Shown: piece after piece, positions 23,628 to 32,198 of the stretch
How the letters are laid out: each line of letters begins with the position of its first letter
How positions within the stretch are numbered: position 1 is the first letter of the stretch
Assembly: GCA_002479715.1 (NCBI GenBank)
Contig: DLOT01000045.1
Location: 1-36,945 of the forward strand
Length of the DNA stretch: 36,945 nt
Reading direction: 5' to 3'
Source: Ruminococcus sp. UBA7477
Lineage (GTDB): Bacteria; Bacillota; Clostridia; Oscillospirales; Ruminococcaceae
Program-made: the position numbers and the translations under genes
The notes under the pieces: generated by a model
Told to the model about the DNA's origin: nothing
The model's input: the letters and a program-made list of their open reading frames with translations, nothing else
The model's database searches: none

Positions 23628-24500
23628 ATGACAAAAACACGCCTGATTATCCAAACCTTTGCCCCGCTTACCTTGGCGGGAATAATAAACGCTTTCGGTG
23701 TAACCTTTTTCCTTTACCCCGTTAACCTTTACGACTCGGGTATTTCCGGGACATCAATGCTGCTCGCACAGATAACTCCGCCAAATCTGTCTGTGTTTCT
23801 GATATTGCTCAACCTGCCTTTATTTCTCTATGGCTACAGAAAAATGGGATTACCGTTTACCGTGCGATCACTCTATGCAGTCGCTGTATATTCCTGCGCC
23901 GCATGGCTTATAACAGATATCCTGCCAATAGATGTAAGTATAGCGTCACCCTTGGCTGAGCAGGATCTGCTGCTCTGTGCGATTTTCGGCGGACTGATCT
24001 CCGGCGTCGGAAGCGGTCTTACAATACGCTTCGGCGGCGCTATTGACGGTATTGAGATACTCGCAGTGCTGTTTGCCAAAAGGCTCAGCGTTACTGTCGG
24101 CACATTCGTGATGAGCTATAATGTTCTTCTGTACATAGCTGCGGGCTTTATAAAGTCAAGCTGGATACTTCCGCTCTATTCGATCATCACCTATGCCGCT
24201 GCTCTCAAAACGGTTGACTTTATCGCCGAGGGTCTTGATAAGGCAAAGTCCGCAATGATCATTACCGATAAGCCTCAGCAGATATGTGAAGCTCTGTCCC
24301 AGGAATTTAAAAACGGAATAACTGTCATGAAAGCTCGCGGCTATTTCTCCGATGAGGAAAAAGTCCTGATCTATTTTGTTGTCAACAGATTTCAGATCAG
24401 CAGGGTCAGGTCTATCGTCCGCTCCTGCGACAACAAGGCATTCGTCACTATCACAGATGTTTCCGATGTTCTCGGAACAGACAAACAAAGCAACAAATGA
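23628..24500 (+). CDS. YitT family membrane protein (DUF2179 C-terminal domain)
   Basis: AGIINAFGVTFFLYPVNLYDSGISG is a YitT N-terminus. The C-terminus GITVMKARGYFSDEEKVLIYFVVNRFQISRVRSIV fits DUF2179. Start set at the ATG at 23628 (GGGAGGG RBS). The track start at 23526 lies in the upstream intergenic region. Confidence 0.85.
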   Translation: MTKTRLIIQTFAPLTLAGIINAFGVTFFLYPVNLYDSGISGTSMLLAQITPPNLSVFLILLNLPLFLYGYRKMGLPFTVRSLYAVAVYSCAAWLITDILPIDVSIASPLAEQDLLLCAIFGGLISGVGSGLTIRFGGAIDGIEILAVLFAKRLSVTVGTFVMSYNVLLYIAAGFIKSSWILPLYSIITYAAALKTVDFIAEGLDKAKSAMIITDKPQQICEALSQEFKNGITVMKARGYFSDEEKVLIYFVVNRFQISRVRSIVRSCDNKAFVTITDVSDVLGTDKQSNK

Positions 24501-24562
24501 TCGCTGCTTTTCCGACTGTGTAAAACACATTTCGTTAACAGAACATAAAAAAGTGTGGCATA

Positions 24563-24687
24563 AAGACAGGTGCTCATAAAGAAGTTTTAGCCATAGTACT
24601 TATGATTTTCAGTCAAAAGTATTATGGCGTTTCTATTGACTTAATAGTTATTTGGTAGTATAATCCTAGTAAGAAAAATCAGAATTT
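24563..24687 (+). repeat. conserved 5' block, copy B (end repeat + hairpin + promoter)
   Basis: I count 2 substitutions over 125 nt versus 16063..16187. The -35 TTGACT is at 24636..24641 and the -10 TATAAT at 24659..24664. Confidence 0.9.
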
Positions 24688-24714
24688 ATTTTGACTTTGA
24701 TTTGAGGTTACACT

Positions 24715-25332
24715 ATGAATATAATTCAATACTCAAGTAAGATAAAAGATTACTTACTTGCAAACGAAATAATTGATTTTACTGATAAATCAATAGCAAA
24801 TCTATCTAATGAGCTGCTAAATCTTTCAAAAGATAGGATAGATTTTATAAAGCAGACTTATGAATATGTTAGAGATAATATTTCCCATTCGGCGGATATA
24901 AATAACGATATGATCACCTGCTCTGCTTCGGAGGTACTGAAAGCAGGACATGGTATTTGTTTTGCTAAATCACATTTGTTAGCGGCTTTATTGCGTTATC
25001 AATCAATTCCTTGCGGGCTTTGTTATCAGAAAATTATTTTAGACGATGAAACTGCTCCTATATTGGTATATCACGGACTTAATGGTGTATATATTGAGGA
25101 ATGTGACAAATGGATACGGCTGGACGCAAGGGGAAATGTGAATGGCATAAATGCTCAGTTTTCAATAGAAACAGAACAGCTTGCGTATCCAATACGTTAC
25201 AATATGGGAGAACAAGACATATTCGTTGTGTATCCTGAGCCTGATGTGAAGATAGTTGAGCGTTTAAGGACAAATAAAACACGAACAGAGCTTTGGAACG
25301 ATCTCCCTACAGAGCTTGCGTATAAATTCTGA
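24715..25332 (+). CDS. transglutaminase-like (papain-fold) superfamily protein
   Basis: 205 aa. GHGICFAKSHLLAALLRYQSIPCGLCY holds the catalytic Cys region. YHGLNGVYIE...WIRLDARGN fits the His/Asp positions. Confidence 0.7.
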   Translation: MNIIQYSSKIKDYLLANEIIDFTDKSIANLSNELLNLSKDRIDFIKQTYEYVRDNISHSADINNDMITCSASEVLKAGHGICFAKSHLLAALLRYQSIPCGLCYQKIILDDETAPILVYHGLNGVYIEECDKWIRLDARGNVNGINAQFSIETEQLAYPIRYNMGEQDIFVVYPEPDVKIVERLRTNKTRTELWNDLPTELAYKF

Positions 25333-25422
25333 TTTATGTGAGTGATCGAATATTAACAACAAGCCCCGAAGCAGTTTTCAATAATTGCCTCGGGGCTAAA
25401 TTTCTTTATGAGTAGCGAACTA
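25321..25422 (+). repeat. conserved 3' block, copy B
   Basis: It aligns to 16630..16732. Hairpin AGCCCCGAAGC (25362..25372) / GCCTCGGGGCT (25387..25397) with one mismatch. Confidence 0.85.
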
Positions 25423-25471
25423 CACCACGCATTTTCGTTTTTTATACAGTTTTGAGCAGCATACTCTCAGG

Positions 25472-26374
25472 TCAAAGAGCTGTCGGGTCCTCTCCGAAAA
25501 ACTGCGGAATAAAAGCTTCATCGGCAGAAGCCTTCTCCTGAATAAACCATCTGAATCCATACTTTTCCGCTGCGTCCAGAACTCTGTCATACTCAAAGCT
25601 TGTGAGCCGCCTATTTATTTCCTTGTAGTCGCCGCTTTTGAAAACAGGCGTGTATTGACGCATTACGGAAAGGAAGATATCGTCTTTTGCAAAGCTTCTC
25701 CCGAGAAAATCCATTATAGCCGCTGAATCATCACGATGAGAAGGCAATACCAGATGTCTTACGATAACTCCCCTTTTCATCGCACTGTTTTCATCAAGAA
25801 CCGGCTTGCCGACCTGCCTTGCCATACGAATGACCGCCTCCGAAGCGACCTCAAAATAATCCGCCGCCCCGGAATACCTTTCCGAAAGCTCACTTGAATG
25901 ATACTTCAGATCGGGAAGATAAATATCAATATATCCGTTGAGCATATCAAGCGTTTCCGGGCTTTCATATCCGGAGCTGTTATACATGACCGGAATACTA
26001 AGCCGGCCCTTCACCCTGTCGAGAGCGCCTATCACCGACGGAACAAAGTGTGCCGCCGACACAAGATTTATATTGCAGGCTCCCTCATCTTGCAGTCTCA
26101 GCATGATCTCTCCAAGCTGTTTTTCGGATATCTCATAACCCTTGCCGAGATGAGATATCTCATAATTCTGGCAATAACAGCATCTTAGACTGCACCCGGA
26201 AAAGAAAACGGCTCCGCTGCCGTTTCCGGTGCAAACAGGCGGCTCCTCCCATTTGTGAAGCGCCGCCCTTGCTATTCTTATTTTATTACCTTCACCGCAA
26301 AAGCCCGCTGCAACACTTCTGTCAGCGCCGCACTTACGCGGACAAAGCTTGCAGTGTTCATATATATCATTCAT
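25472..26374 (-). CDS. radical SAM protein, PflX-like (putative pyruvate formate-lyase activating enzyme family)
   Basis: CKLCPRKCGADR...GFCG...HKWEEPPVCTGNGSGAVFFSGCSLRCCYCQNYEIS contains CxxxCxxC. Start moved to the ATG at 26374 (GGAG upstream), which gives an 8-nt overlap with the ispE stop. The track start is 26428. Confidence 0.85.
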   Translation of the reverse strand: MNDIYEHCKLCPRKCGADRSVAAGFCGEGNKIRIARAALHKWEEPPVCTGNGSGAVFFSGCSLRCCYCQNYEISHLGKGYEISEKQLGEIMLRLQDEGACNINLVSAAHFVPSVIGALDRVKGRLSIPVMYNSSGYESPETLDMLNGYIDIYLPDLKYHSSELSERYSGAADYFEVASEAVIRMARQVGKPVLDENSAMKRGVIVRHLVLPSHRDDSAAIMDFLGRSFAKDDIFLSVMRQYTPVFKSGDYKEINRRLTSFEYDRVLDAAEKYGFRWFIQEKASADEAFIPQFFGEDPTAL

Positions 26375-27242
26375 AGCTCTCAACTCCGACGCCGCAGCTG
26401 ACAGGTCTGACGATTTCGCAAAAGTCATAATCCGAGATCAGCGCATCTCTCGCGTTTTCCGCCGTTTTCTCATCATAAAAGATCCCATATACTGCAGATC
26501 CGCTGCCTGTCATCAGCGAAGAAACCGCGCCCAGACTAAGCAGCCTTTCTTTTGCGGCGAAAATTTCTTTCGGCAAATCTATCTGTTCAAAGGAATTGAA
26601 CATTATTCCGCCGATATCGGCAAGGCTTCCGCTTTCAAAAGCACTGACCACTCCGCTAAGATCTGAATGCTTTGTACCTTTAAGCCTGTCAAACGCAGCA
26701 TAAGCCTCCGGTGTGCTGACAGAAACCTCAGGCTTGCAGATAACGATAAAGCAATCCGGCAGTGAGCTGATCTCAGTCAGACGCTCACCAACGCCGCCGC
26801 AGATCTTAGTCCCTCCGACAATGCAAAACGGAACATCTGCACCAAGTGAAGCGCCCATTTTTAAAAGCTCGTCAACAGGAGTGTGAGTTTCAAAAAGCAT
26901 ATCAAGTGCGATCAGCGCAGCCGCACAGTCAGCACTTCCCCCACCCATTCCTGCCTGCGACGGAATGTGCTTTTCCAAAGCAAACGAAACTCCGCCCATG
27001 ATACCGTGATGCTCAAAAAAGCATTTTGCCGCCTTAACGACAAGGTTTCTGCTGTCAGTAGGGATATCGCCCCTGTCGCAGCACAGCATTATTCCGCTTT
27101 CGGCAGGTTCGGCTCTCAGAATGTCACAAAGGCTCACTGACTGCATAATGCTTTTCAGCTCATGATAGCCGTTGGGCATTTTCCCCAAGATATCAAGCGT
27201 AATATTTATCTTCGCATAGGCTTTCAGCGTGACCTTACTCAT
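26367..27242 (-). CDS. ispE: 4-(cytidine 5'-diphospho)-2-C-methyl-D-erythritol kinase
   Basis: 291 aa. KAYAKINITLDILGKMPNGYHEL and the GHMP motif PSQAGMGGGSADCAAAL. Confidence 0.9.
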   Translation of the reverse strand: MSKVTLKAYAKINITLDILGKMPNGYHELKSIMQSVSLCDILRAEPAESGIMLCCDRGDIPTDSRNLVVKAAKCFFEHHGIMGGVSFALEKHIPSQAGMGGGSADCAAALIALDMLFETHTPVDELLKMGASLGADVPFCIVGGTKICGGVGERLTEISSLPDCFIVICKPEVSVSTPEAYAAFDRLKGTKHSDLSGVVSAFESGSLADIGGIMFNSFEQIDLPKEIFAAKERLLSLGAVSSLMTGSGSAVYGIFYDEKTAENARDALISDYDFCEIVRPVSCGVGVESYE

Positions 27243-28422
27243 CGCCGTGCTCCTTTTTAAGATCCTCTAAAAACTCCTCAATAAGCTTTACGGCAGCTTT
27301 CAGATTTTTCAGTGAATAGGCATAAGAAACCCTTATGTAGCCTTCGCCGCATTTTCCGAATGCGTCACCCGGAACGACTGCGACCTTCTTTTCATATACA
27401 AGCCGCTCACTGAACTGTTGGCTTGTAAGACCTGTTGACTTTATACATGGGAATGCATAAAACGCCCCCTCGGGATCAAAACACGGCAGCCCGATCTTGT
27501 TGAACGCATTAACGACATACCTTCTGCGGACGTCGTATTCCTCAACCATTTTCGCAACGTCGTCGTCGCATTCCTCAAGAGCGGTTATAGCTGCATACTG
27601 GCTGACAGTCGGCGAAGACATGATCGCATATTGGTGGATCTTTAAAATGTGCTTCAAAATAGGCTGAGGTCCGGCAAGAAATCCCAGCCGCCAGCCGGTC
27701 ATCGCGTAGCCCTTTGAAAATCCGTTGATAACGAGGGTCCGTTCTCTCATTCCGTCAAGTGCGGCTATCGAGAAGTGTTCTCTGCCATAGGTAAGCGCCG
27801 AATAGATCTCGTCAGAGATAACGATTATGTCTGTTCCCCGCAGCACCTCCGCGATAGGCTCCAGTTCTTCTTTTGTCATAATCGCGCCGGTAGGATTATT
27901 GGGATAAGGCAAAATCAAAGCCTTTGTGCGAGGTGTTATCTTTGCCCTCAGCGCCTCGGCAGTCAGCTTAAAACTGTTCTCGATCGAGGTTTCAACCGTA
28001 ACCGGAACACCATGCGAAAGCTCGACCATCGGAGCATAGCAAACAAAGCAGGGCTCAACGATCAATACCTCATCGCCTTCATCGACCAAAGCGCGAATGG
28101 CAAGATCGATCGCCTCAGAGCCGCCTACTGTAACGATTATCTCGTTTTCGGGCTTATAATCAACGCCTATGGTTCTGCCGAGATAGCCTGATATCGAGCG
28201 CCGAAGATCCATAAGACCCGAATTGGCAGTGTAAGATGTCTTTATTTTTTCCAAAACGGATATAGCCTGCTGCCTGATCTTCCATGGCGTGAAAAAGTCA
28301 GGCTCGCCCACTCCGAGGTTCAAAACGCCCGTCATCTGCTGAGCTATATCAAAAAACTTCCTTATTCCCGAAGGCTTGATCTCCCGCGCTCTTTCGGAAA
28401 CGATCTTATCATAATCTATCAT
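27235..28422 (-). CDS. pyridoxal-phosphate-dependent aminotransferase, class I/II (aspartate aminotransferase-like)
   Basis: 395 aa. LGVGEPDF, PNNPTG, and NGFSKGYAMTGWRLGF with the PLP lysine. Confidence 0.9.
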   Translation of the reverse strand: MIDYDKIVSERAREIKPSGIRKFFDIAQQMTGVLNLGVGEPDFFTPWKIRQQAISVLEKIKTSYTANSGLMDLRRSISGYLGRTIGVDYKPENEIIVTVGGSEAIDLAIRALVDEGDEVLIVEPCFVCYAPMVELSHGVPVTVETSIENSFKLTAEALRAKITPRTKALILPYPNNPTGAIMTKEELEPIAEVLRGTDIIVISDEIYSALTYGREHFSIAALDGMRERTLVINGFSKGYAMTGWRLGFLAGPQPILKHILKIHQYAIMSSPTVSQYAAITALEECDDDVAKMVEEYDVRRRYVVNAFNKIGLPCFDPEGAFYAFPCIKSTGLTSQQFSERLVYEKKVAVVPGDAFGKCGEGYIRVSYAYSLKNLKAAVKLIEEFLEDLKKEHGDE

Positions 28423-28904
28423 GGGGACACAAAGCCTCTTTCGTCTTTTTCATCATCACAAAGCATAATGCCGTTTTCCTTATAGGTTTTCAGTTCAAAA
28501 TGCGTTGCTGTTGAAATAACGCCGTCGATAGTAGAAAGATGCTTGGCAACAAAGTCGGAGATCACCCTCAGGTTTTCGCCGATGATCGTTATGCCGAGGT
28601 CATAAGCGCCTGACATAAGCGTAACGCTTTTTACAGCGTCATATTGAGCAATAAACTTCGCTATTTCATCAAAGCCGCTCTCCGCGCGGGGCGTGACCTT
28701 TAGCTCAATATAAGCGGTAACGATGTTCGGATTTTCAACGCCGTAATCGACAAGCGTAGTATATCCCTTTATCGTGCCGCTGTCCTCAAGAGCCTTTATC
28801 TCCTCAGCGACCTCATCGGCTGTCTTTCCGAGCAACACACCCAGCTCCTCGTTTGAAAGGCGAGAGTTTTTGGCAAGAAGGTTCAAAAGCTTAGACATTT
28901 GCAT
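28419..28904 (-). CDS. Lrp/AsnC family transcriptional regulator
   Basis: 161 aa. LLAKNSRLSNEELGVLLGKTADEVAEEIKALEDSGTIKGYTTLVDY is an HTH_AsnC domain, followed by a RAM/ACT-like C-terminus. 4-nt overlap with the aminotransferase gene. Confidence 0.88.
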   Translation of the reverse strand: MQMSKLLNLLAKNSRLSNEELGVLLGKTADEVAEEIKALEDSGTIKGYTTLVDYGVENPNIVTAYIELKVTPRAESGFDEIAKFIAQYDAVKSVTLMSGAYDLGITIIGENLRVISDFVAKHLSTIDGVISTATHFELKTYKENGIMLCDDEKDERGFVSP

Positions 28905-28953
28905 ATCATTCCTTTCCGTCGGGGCGGTCAGAGGACCTCCCCGCTTTTAATTT

Positions 28954-28982
28954 ATTATACTTCTTAATTCGCTTTCTGTCAA
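28954..28982 (-). promoter_or_regulatory. sigma-A type promoter for the Lrp-aminotransferase-ispE-radical SAM array
   Basis: The minus strand reads TTGACA (28982..28977), 17 nt, TATAAT (28959..28954). Confidence 0.5.
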
Positions 28983-28995
28983 TAAGTGCAGTAAG

Positions 28996-29379
28996 TTATT
29001 CTTGCTCAAAAAGCTCTATCTCCTCGCCGAGAACACCCCGGCAGAACGCAATACGCGCCCTTATCGGCGGATCACTCTTTATCACAATGTCCTTCGGCTC
29101 GATAAACACCTCATATCCTGCTTGCCTGACAGCTCTTGCACAATCGTCAGCGCTGTCAACAGCGAGCGCAAAATGCCTTATGATCCCCTGACCAGGGTCG
29201 TATTCATCCCCGGCAGTGCAAAAGATCTCGATCCTGCTTCCCCCTGCGTCAAACATTATGCCCTCAGCCCATTCGGCGCATACGTCAAGACCCAAAACAG
29301 AGCCGTAAAAATGTTTGACCTTCTCAAACTCTTCACCTTTTCCGCATTTCATCGAAACATGATGTATCCCCTCAACCAT
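28996..29379 (-). CDS. VOC (glyoxalase/bleomycin-resistance/dioxygenase) family protein
   Basis: 127 aa. GIHHVSMKC...FYGSVLGL...HFALAV fits the VOC beta-alpha-beta-beta-beta pattern. AGGAGGG RBS. It lies 27 nt after the ABC gene. Confidence 0.75.
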   Translation of the reverse strand: MVEGIHHVSMKCGKGEEFEKVKHFYGSVLGLDVCAEWAEGIMFDAGGSRIEIFCTAGDEYDPGQGIIRHFALAVDSADDCARAVRQAGYEVFIEPKDIVIKSDPPIRARIAFCRGVLGEEIELFEQE

Positions 29380-29406
29380 AGTCTCACCCTCCTGATCGAA
29401 TAGTCT

Positions 29407-31593
29407 TCAGACCTCCGCCGCCTGCTTCTGACCTCGCATTTTGGTAGTTCGGCGCTGAGCCATAACCAGCCCGTAATATACACCATGCTTACGCATCAGA
29501 TTATCGTGTGTATCAAATTCCGCAAGCTTTCCCTTATCAAGAACAGCCAGCCTGTCTGCACCTGAGAGGGTCGAAAGACGGTGCGCTATCGCAATAGTTG
29601 TCCGTCCCTCGGTCAGTCTGCCGAGCGCCTCCTGAATCTGCTTTTCCGTTTCGGTGTCCAGGGAAGCTGTTGCCTCATCGAGAATTATGATCTTCGGATC
29701 ATGTATTATCGCTCTTGCTATCGCAATCCTCTGCCTTTCGCCGCCCGAAAGCTGATAGCCCTTGTTGCCGACGCGTGTATTATAGCCGTCGGGAAGCTTC
29801 GTGACAAAGTCATGGGCATTTGCTATCTTTGCAGCTCTTACGACCTCCTCAAAGGTCGCGTCGGGCTTGGCATAGCAGATATTGTCCAGCACCGAGCCGT
29901 CAAATAAAAAGGTTTCCTGCAAAACAACGCCTATCTGGCTTCTCAAAGACTTTTGCGCGTAGCTTCTGATATCTCTGCCGTCAATCAGTATCTGCCCGTC
30001 CGTAACGTCATACAGCCTGAGGATCAGGTTTATCAGCGTCGATTTTCCCACACCCGAATGTCCAACTATGCCGATCATCTCACCCTTGTTTATCTTCATA
30101 GTGATATCCTTGAGAACTGGGGCATACTCGCGGTAACCGAAGTATACGTTTTTCAGCTCTATCTCGCCGCTTATCTCCGACTCAACTGCGTTCTCGGCTT
30201 CCTTCAGGCTGCTCTCGTCCTCCAACACCTCAAACACCTTGCTGGCAGAAACAGCCGCATCGGAAAACTCCTTAGGAATGTGAATAAACCATCTGATAGG
30301 ATCATAAAGCATGGCAACATAGGTCGTGAACTGCACCAGCTCGCCCAGCTTCATACCGCCGTCCAGGATAAGCCTGCCGCCGAACAAAAGAACAAGATAG
30401 TTTCCTACTGTCATAACAAATTCCGCAAACGGTATTGTCAGATACCAAACAATTTCGGCGCGGACACAAGCTCTTGCAGCCTTGAGCGAATAGCCTGTGT
30501 ATTTCTGGATCTCCTGTACCTCGGTGCCGTAGGCCTTGACGACCCTTACTCCGTTCAGAATATCGTGAAGCACCGAATCATGGTCTGTCATGTTTCTCCA
30601 TACTCTCGTATAGCGGACCGCCATAGTGTGAAAAAGCTTTTTTGTCAGCAAAAAAACAAACGGGATCGGCACGACCGTCAGAAGTGCAAGCTTCCAGTTC
30701 ATAACAAACAGGATAGCCATAAGAGCTATAAGCGAGATTGCCTGAACGACAAAATCCTTGCCTTTTTCGGTTACAAAGCTCTCCAGCTTTGCCGCATCAC
30801 CCGAAACCCGCCTGATAAGCTCGCCGGCTGTCTTTTTCGTCACCGCCGAAAGAGACATTCTTTCGCTCTTGGCAAAAACATCCTCGCGCAGATCCTTGCC
30901 CATATTCAGCGCGACTTTGAACGAGCATCTCATATTCATGCTGTTCGGAATACATGATAAAGCCGCCAAGCCCACAAGCAGACCGCACAGAACAAAAAAT
31001 CCCACCCAATCGGTATTCTTAGGCGTTACATAATCGTCAATTATCATTCTTGTTATATTGGGAACGATAAGCCACAGGATCTGCTCAAAAACAGTACAGA
31101 TAAGTGCAATTATAAAGTATTTCCGATAGGGCTTCACACGCTTTATCAGCTTTATGAAAAGCCCGGTTTTATTAGCGCAGAACGGACATTCCTTAGCCCC
31201 CTCGAGCGGCATACCGCATTTGGGACAGCAAGGCTCGTCCTCAGGTGTTTCGGTTATCAGCCTGCCTGTTCGTGCATAATAATCGAGCAGCTTGCAAAGC
31301 TCCGCATACCGCAAAAACTCCTGCTGACGAAAAATACAAAAGGCTATGCTCTCGCCGGATTTAAGCTCGCCGATCATCATCGACGATCCGACAAGCTGTT
31401 CGCATTTGAATTCCGAAAAGTCATCAATATAGTAGCGCGATTTCAGCTCGTTATTCAGATAAACCAGAATTTCGCTGTCGGTAACGCACAGATGACCGCT
31501 GACAGGCTGCGCCCTGTCGTTCAGATCATATGGCAGCGAAAACAGGACCTCACTGCTTTGAACGCCTTTCGGAAAAGATGTTTTTAAATTCAT
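29407..31593 (-). CDS. ABC exporter (fused TMD-NBD) with about 150-aa N-terminal cytosolic extension containing a Zn-ribbon
   Basis: CCPKCGMPLEGAKECPFCANK precedes the 6-TM domain. Walker A GHSGVGKST, signature LSGGERQR, Walker B IIILDEATASLD. Start set at the ATG at 31593 (GGAGAA RBS). The track start at 31605 is a TTG. Confidence 0.88.
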   Translation of the reverse strand: MNLKTSFPKGVQSSEVLFSLPYDLNDRAQPVSGHLCVTDSEILVYLNNELKSRYYIDDFSEFKCEQLVGSSMMIGELKSGESIAFCIFRQQEFLRYAELCKLLDYYARTGRLITETPEDEPCCPKCGMPLEGAKECPFCANKTGLFIKLIKRVKPYRKYFIIALICTVFEQILWLIVPNITRMIIDDYVTPKNTDWVGFFVLCGLLVGLAALSCIPNSMNMRCSFKVALNMGKDLREDVFAKSERMSLSAVTKKTAGELIRRVSGDAAKLESFVTEKGKDFVVQAISLIALMAILFVMNWKLALLTVVPIPFVFLLTKKLFHTMAVRYTRVWRNMTDHDSVLHDILNGVRVVKAYGTEVQEIQKYTGYSLKAARACVRAEIVWYLTIPFAEFVMTVGNYLVLLFGGRLILDGGMKLGELVQFTTYVAMLYDPIRWFIHIPKEFSDAAVSASKVFEVLEDESSLKEAENAVESEISGEIELKNVYFGYREYAPVLKDITMKINKGEMIGIVGHSGVGKSTLINLILRLYDVTDGQILIDGRDIRSYAQKSLRSQIGVVLQETFLFDGSVLDNICYAKPDATFEEVVRAAKIANAHDFVTKLPDGYNTRVGNKGYQLSGGERQRIAIARAIIHDPKIIILDEATASLDTETEKQIQEALGRLTEGRTTIAIAHRLSTLSGADRLAVLDKGKLAEFDTHDNLMRKHGVYYGLVMAQRRTTKMRGQKQAAEV

Positions 31594-31650
31594 AGTATTC
31601 TCCAAAAAATATAGTAATACAATTATCCAATGCGCTGAAAGACAATCACG

Positions 31651-32184
31651 TCAAGTGAACATCTCCATAGCCGCCAGACTCTTTTTATCCAAGCGCATCT
31701 CAACGTCGTCGCAATAATACTTATTCCCCTCCACATCGCAGACATAGAGATACTTGCCGCCGATCAGCTTGAAGTTGCGGTACCAGTCGCGTATACAAAT
31801 AGTTTTGTCGCCTGCTGTGGTAACCGCCTTAACAAACAGCGAACCGCGCATATTCTCCTTTATTGAACAGATCTTCGTTATCAGCGGCATATAGTATTTA
31901 TATTCCAAGAAATCGTTAACGACCTCAAACTGTCCGTCCGACAGTTCTTTCATATCTCTTATAACGCCGATCTCGATAAACTCCTTCTCGTCGTTTTCAT
32001 AATTCACGCTTATAAACCGCGTTTTTTCATAAAACGGCTGTAATCTTGTAAGATTGACCTTATTATATGTTTTGCCGTCAGTTTCCAGCGTCATGAATCC
32101 GCTTTTTTCTTTAGTGAATTTCAGCCTGCCGCAATCAAGAATATTCAGCTTGTCGGCAGCAAAGCTTTCTTCATTTATACTCAT
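31651..32184 (-). CDS. DUF1854 domain-containing protein
   Basis: 177 aa. FMTLETDGKTYNKVNLTRLQPF...EIGVIRDMKELSDGQFEVVNDFLEYKYYMPLITKICSIKE matches my recollection of DUF1854, which typically sits between paired ABC exporter genes. Confidence 0.75.
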   Translation of the reverse strand: MSINEESFAADKLNILDCGRLKFTKEKSGFMTLETDGKTYNKVNLTRLQPFYEKTRFISVNYENDEKEFIEIGVIRDMKELSDGQFEVVNDFLEYKYYMPLITKICSIKENMRGSLFVKAVTTAGDKTICIRDWYRNFKLIGGKYLYVCDVEGNKYYCDDVEMRLDKKSLAAMEMFT

Positions 32185-32198
32185 GATCTACCACCTCG

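Larger units (their letters stand above)
24563..25422 (+). mobile_element. inverted-repeat-bounded promoter-ORF-hairpin module, copy B
   Basis: Same flanks as copy A. End repeats at 24571..24592 (TGCTCATAAAGAAGTTTTAGCC) and 25394..25414 (GGCTAAATTTCTTTATGAGTA). The cargo ORF is different. Confidence 0.45.

Noticed and set aside
28920-28945. GC-rich hairpin CGGGG-C-GGTC-AGAG-GACC-T-CCCCG, considered as the terminator of the VOC gene
   Set aside because: On the minus (coding) strand it is not followed by a U-tract, and it lies downstream of the predicted Lrp-operon promoter. It is more likely a 5'-UTR stem. Its function is undetermined and I cannot support a specific call.
29953-30957. 334-aa plus-strand ORF antisense to the first ABC exporter; likewise 32280..33101 (273 aa) and 32776..33177 antisense to the second
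   Set aside because: They lie opposite CDSs with complete Walker and signature motifs. There is no RBS and the composition is Arg/Leu-rich shadow-frame material.
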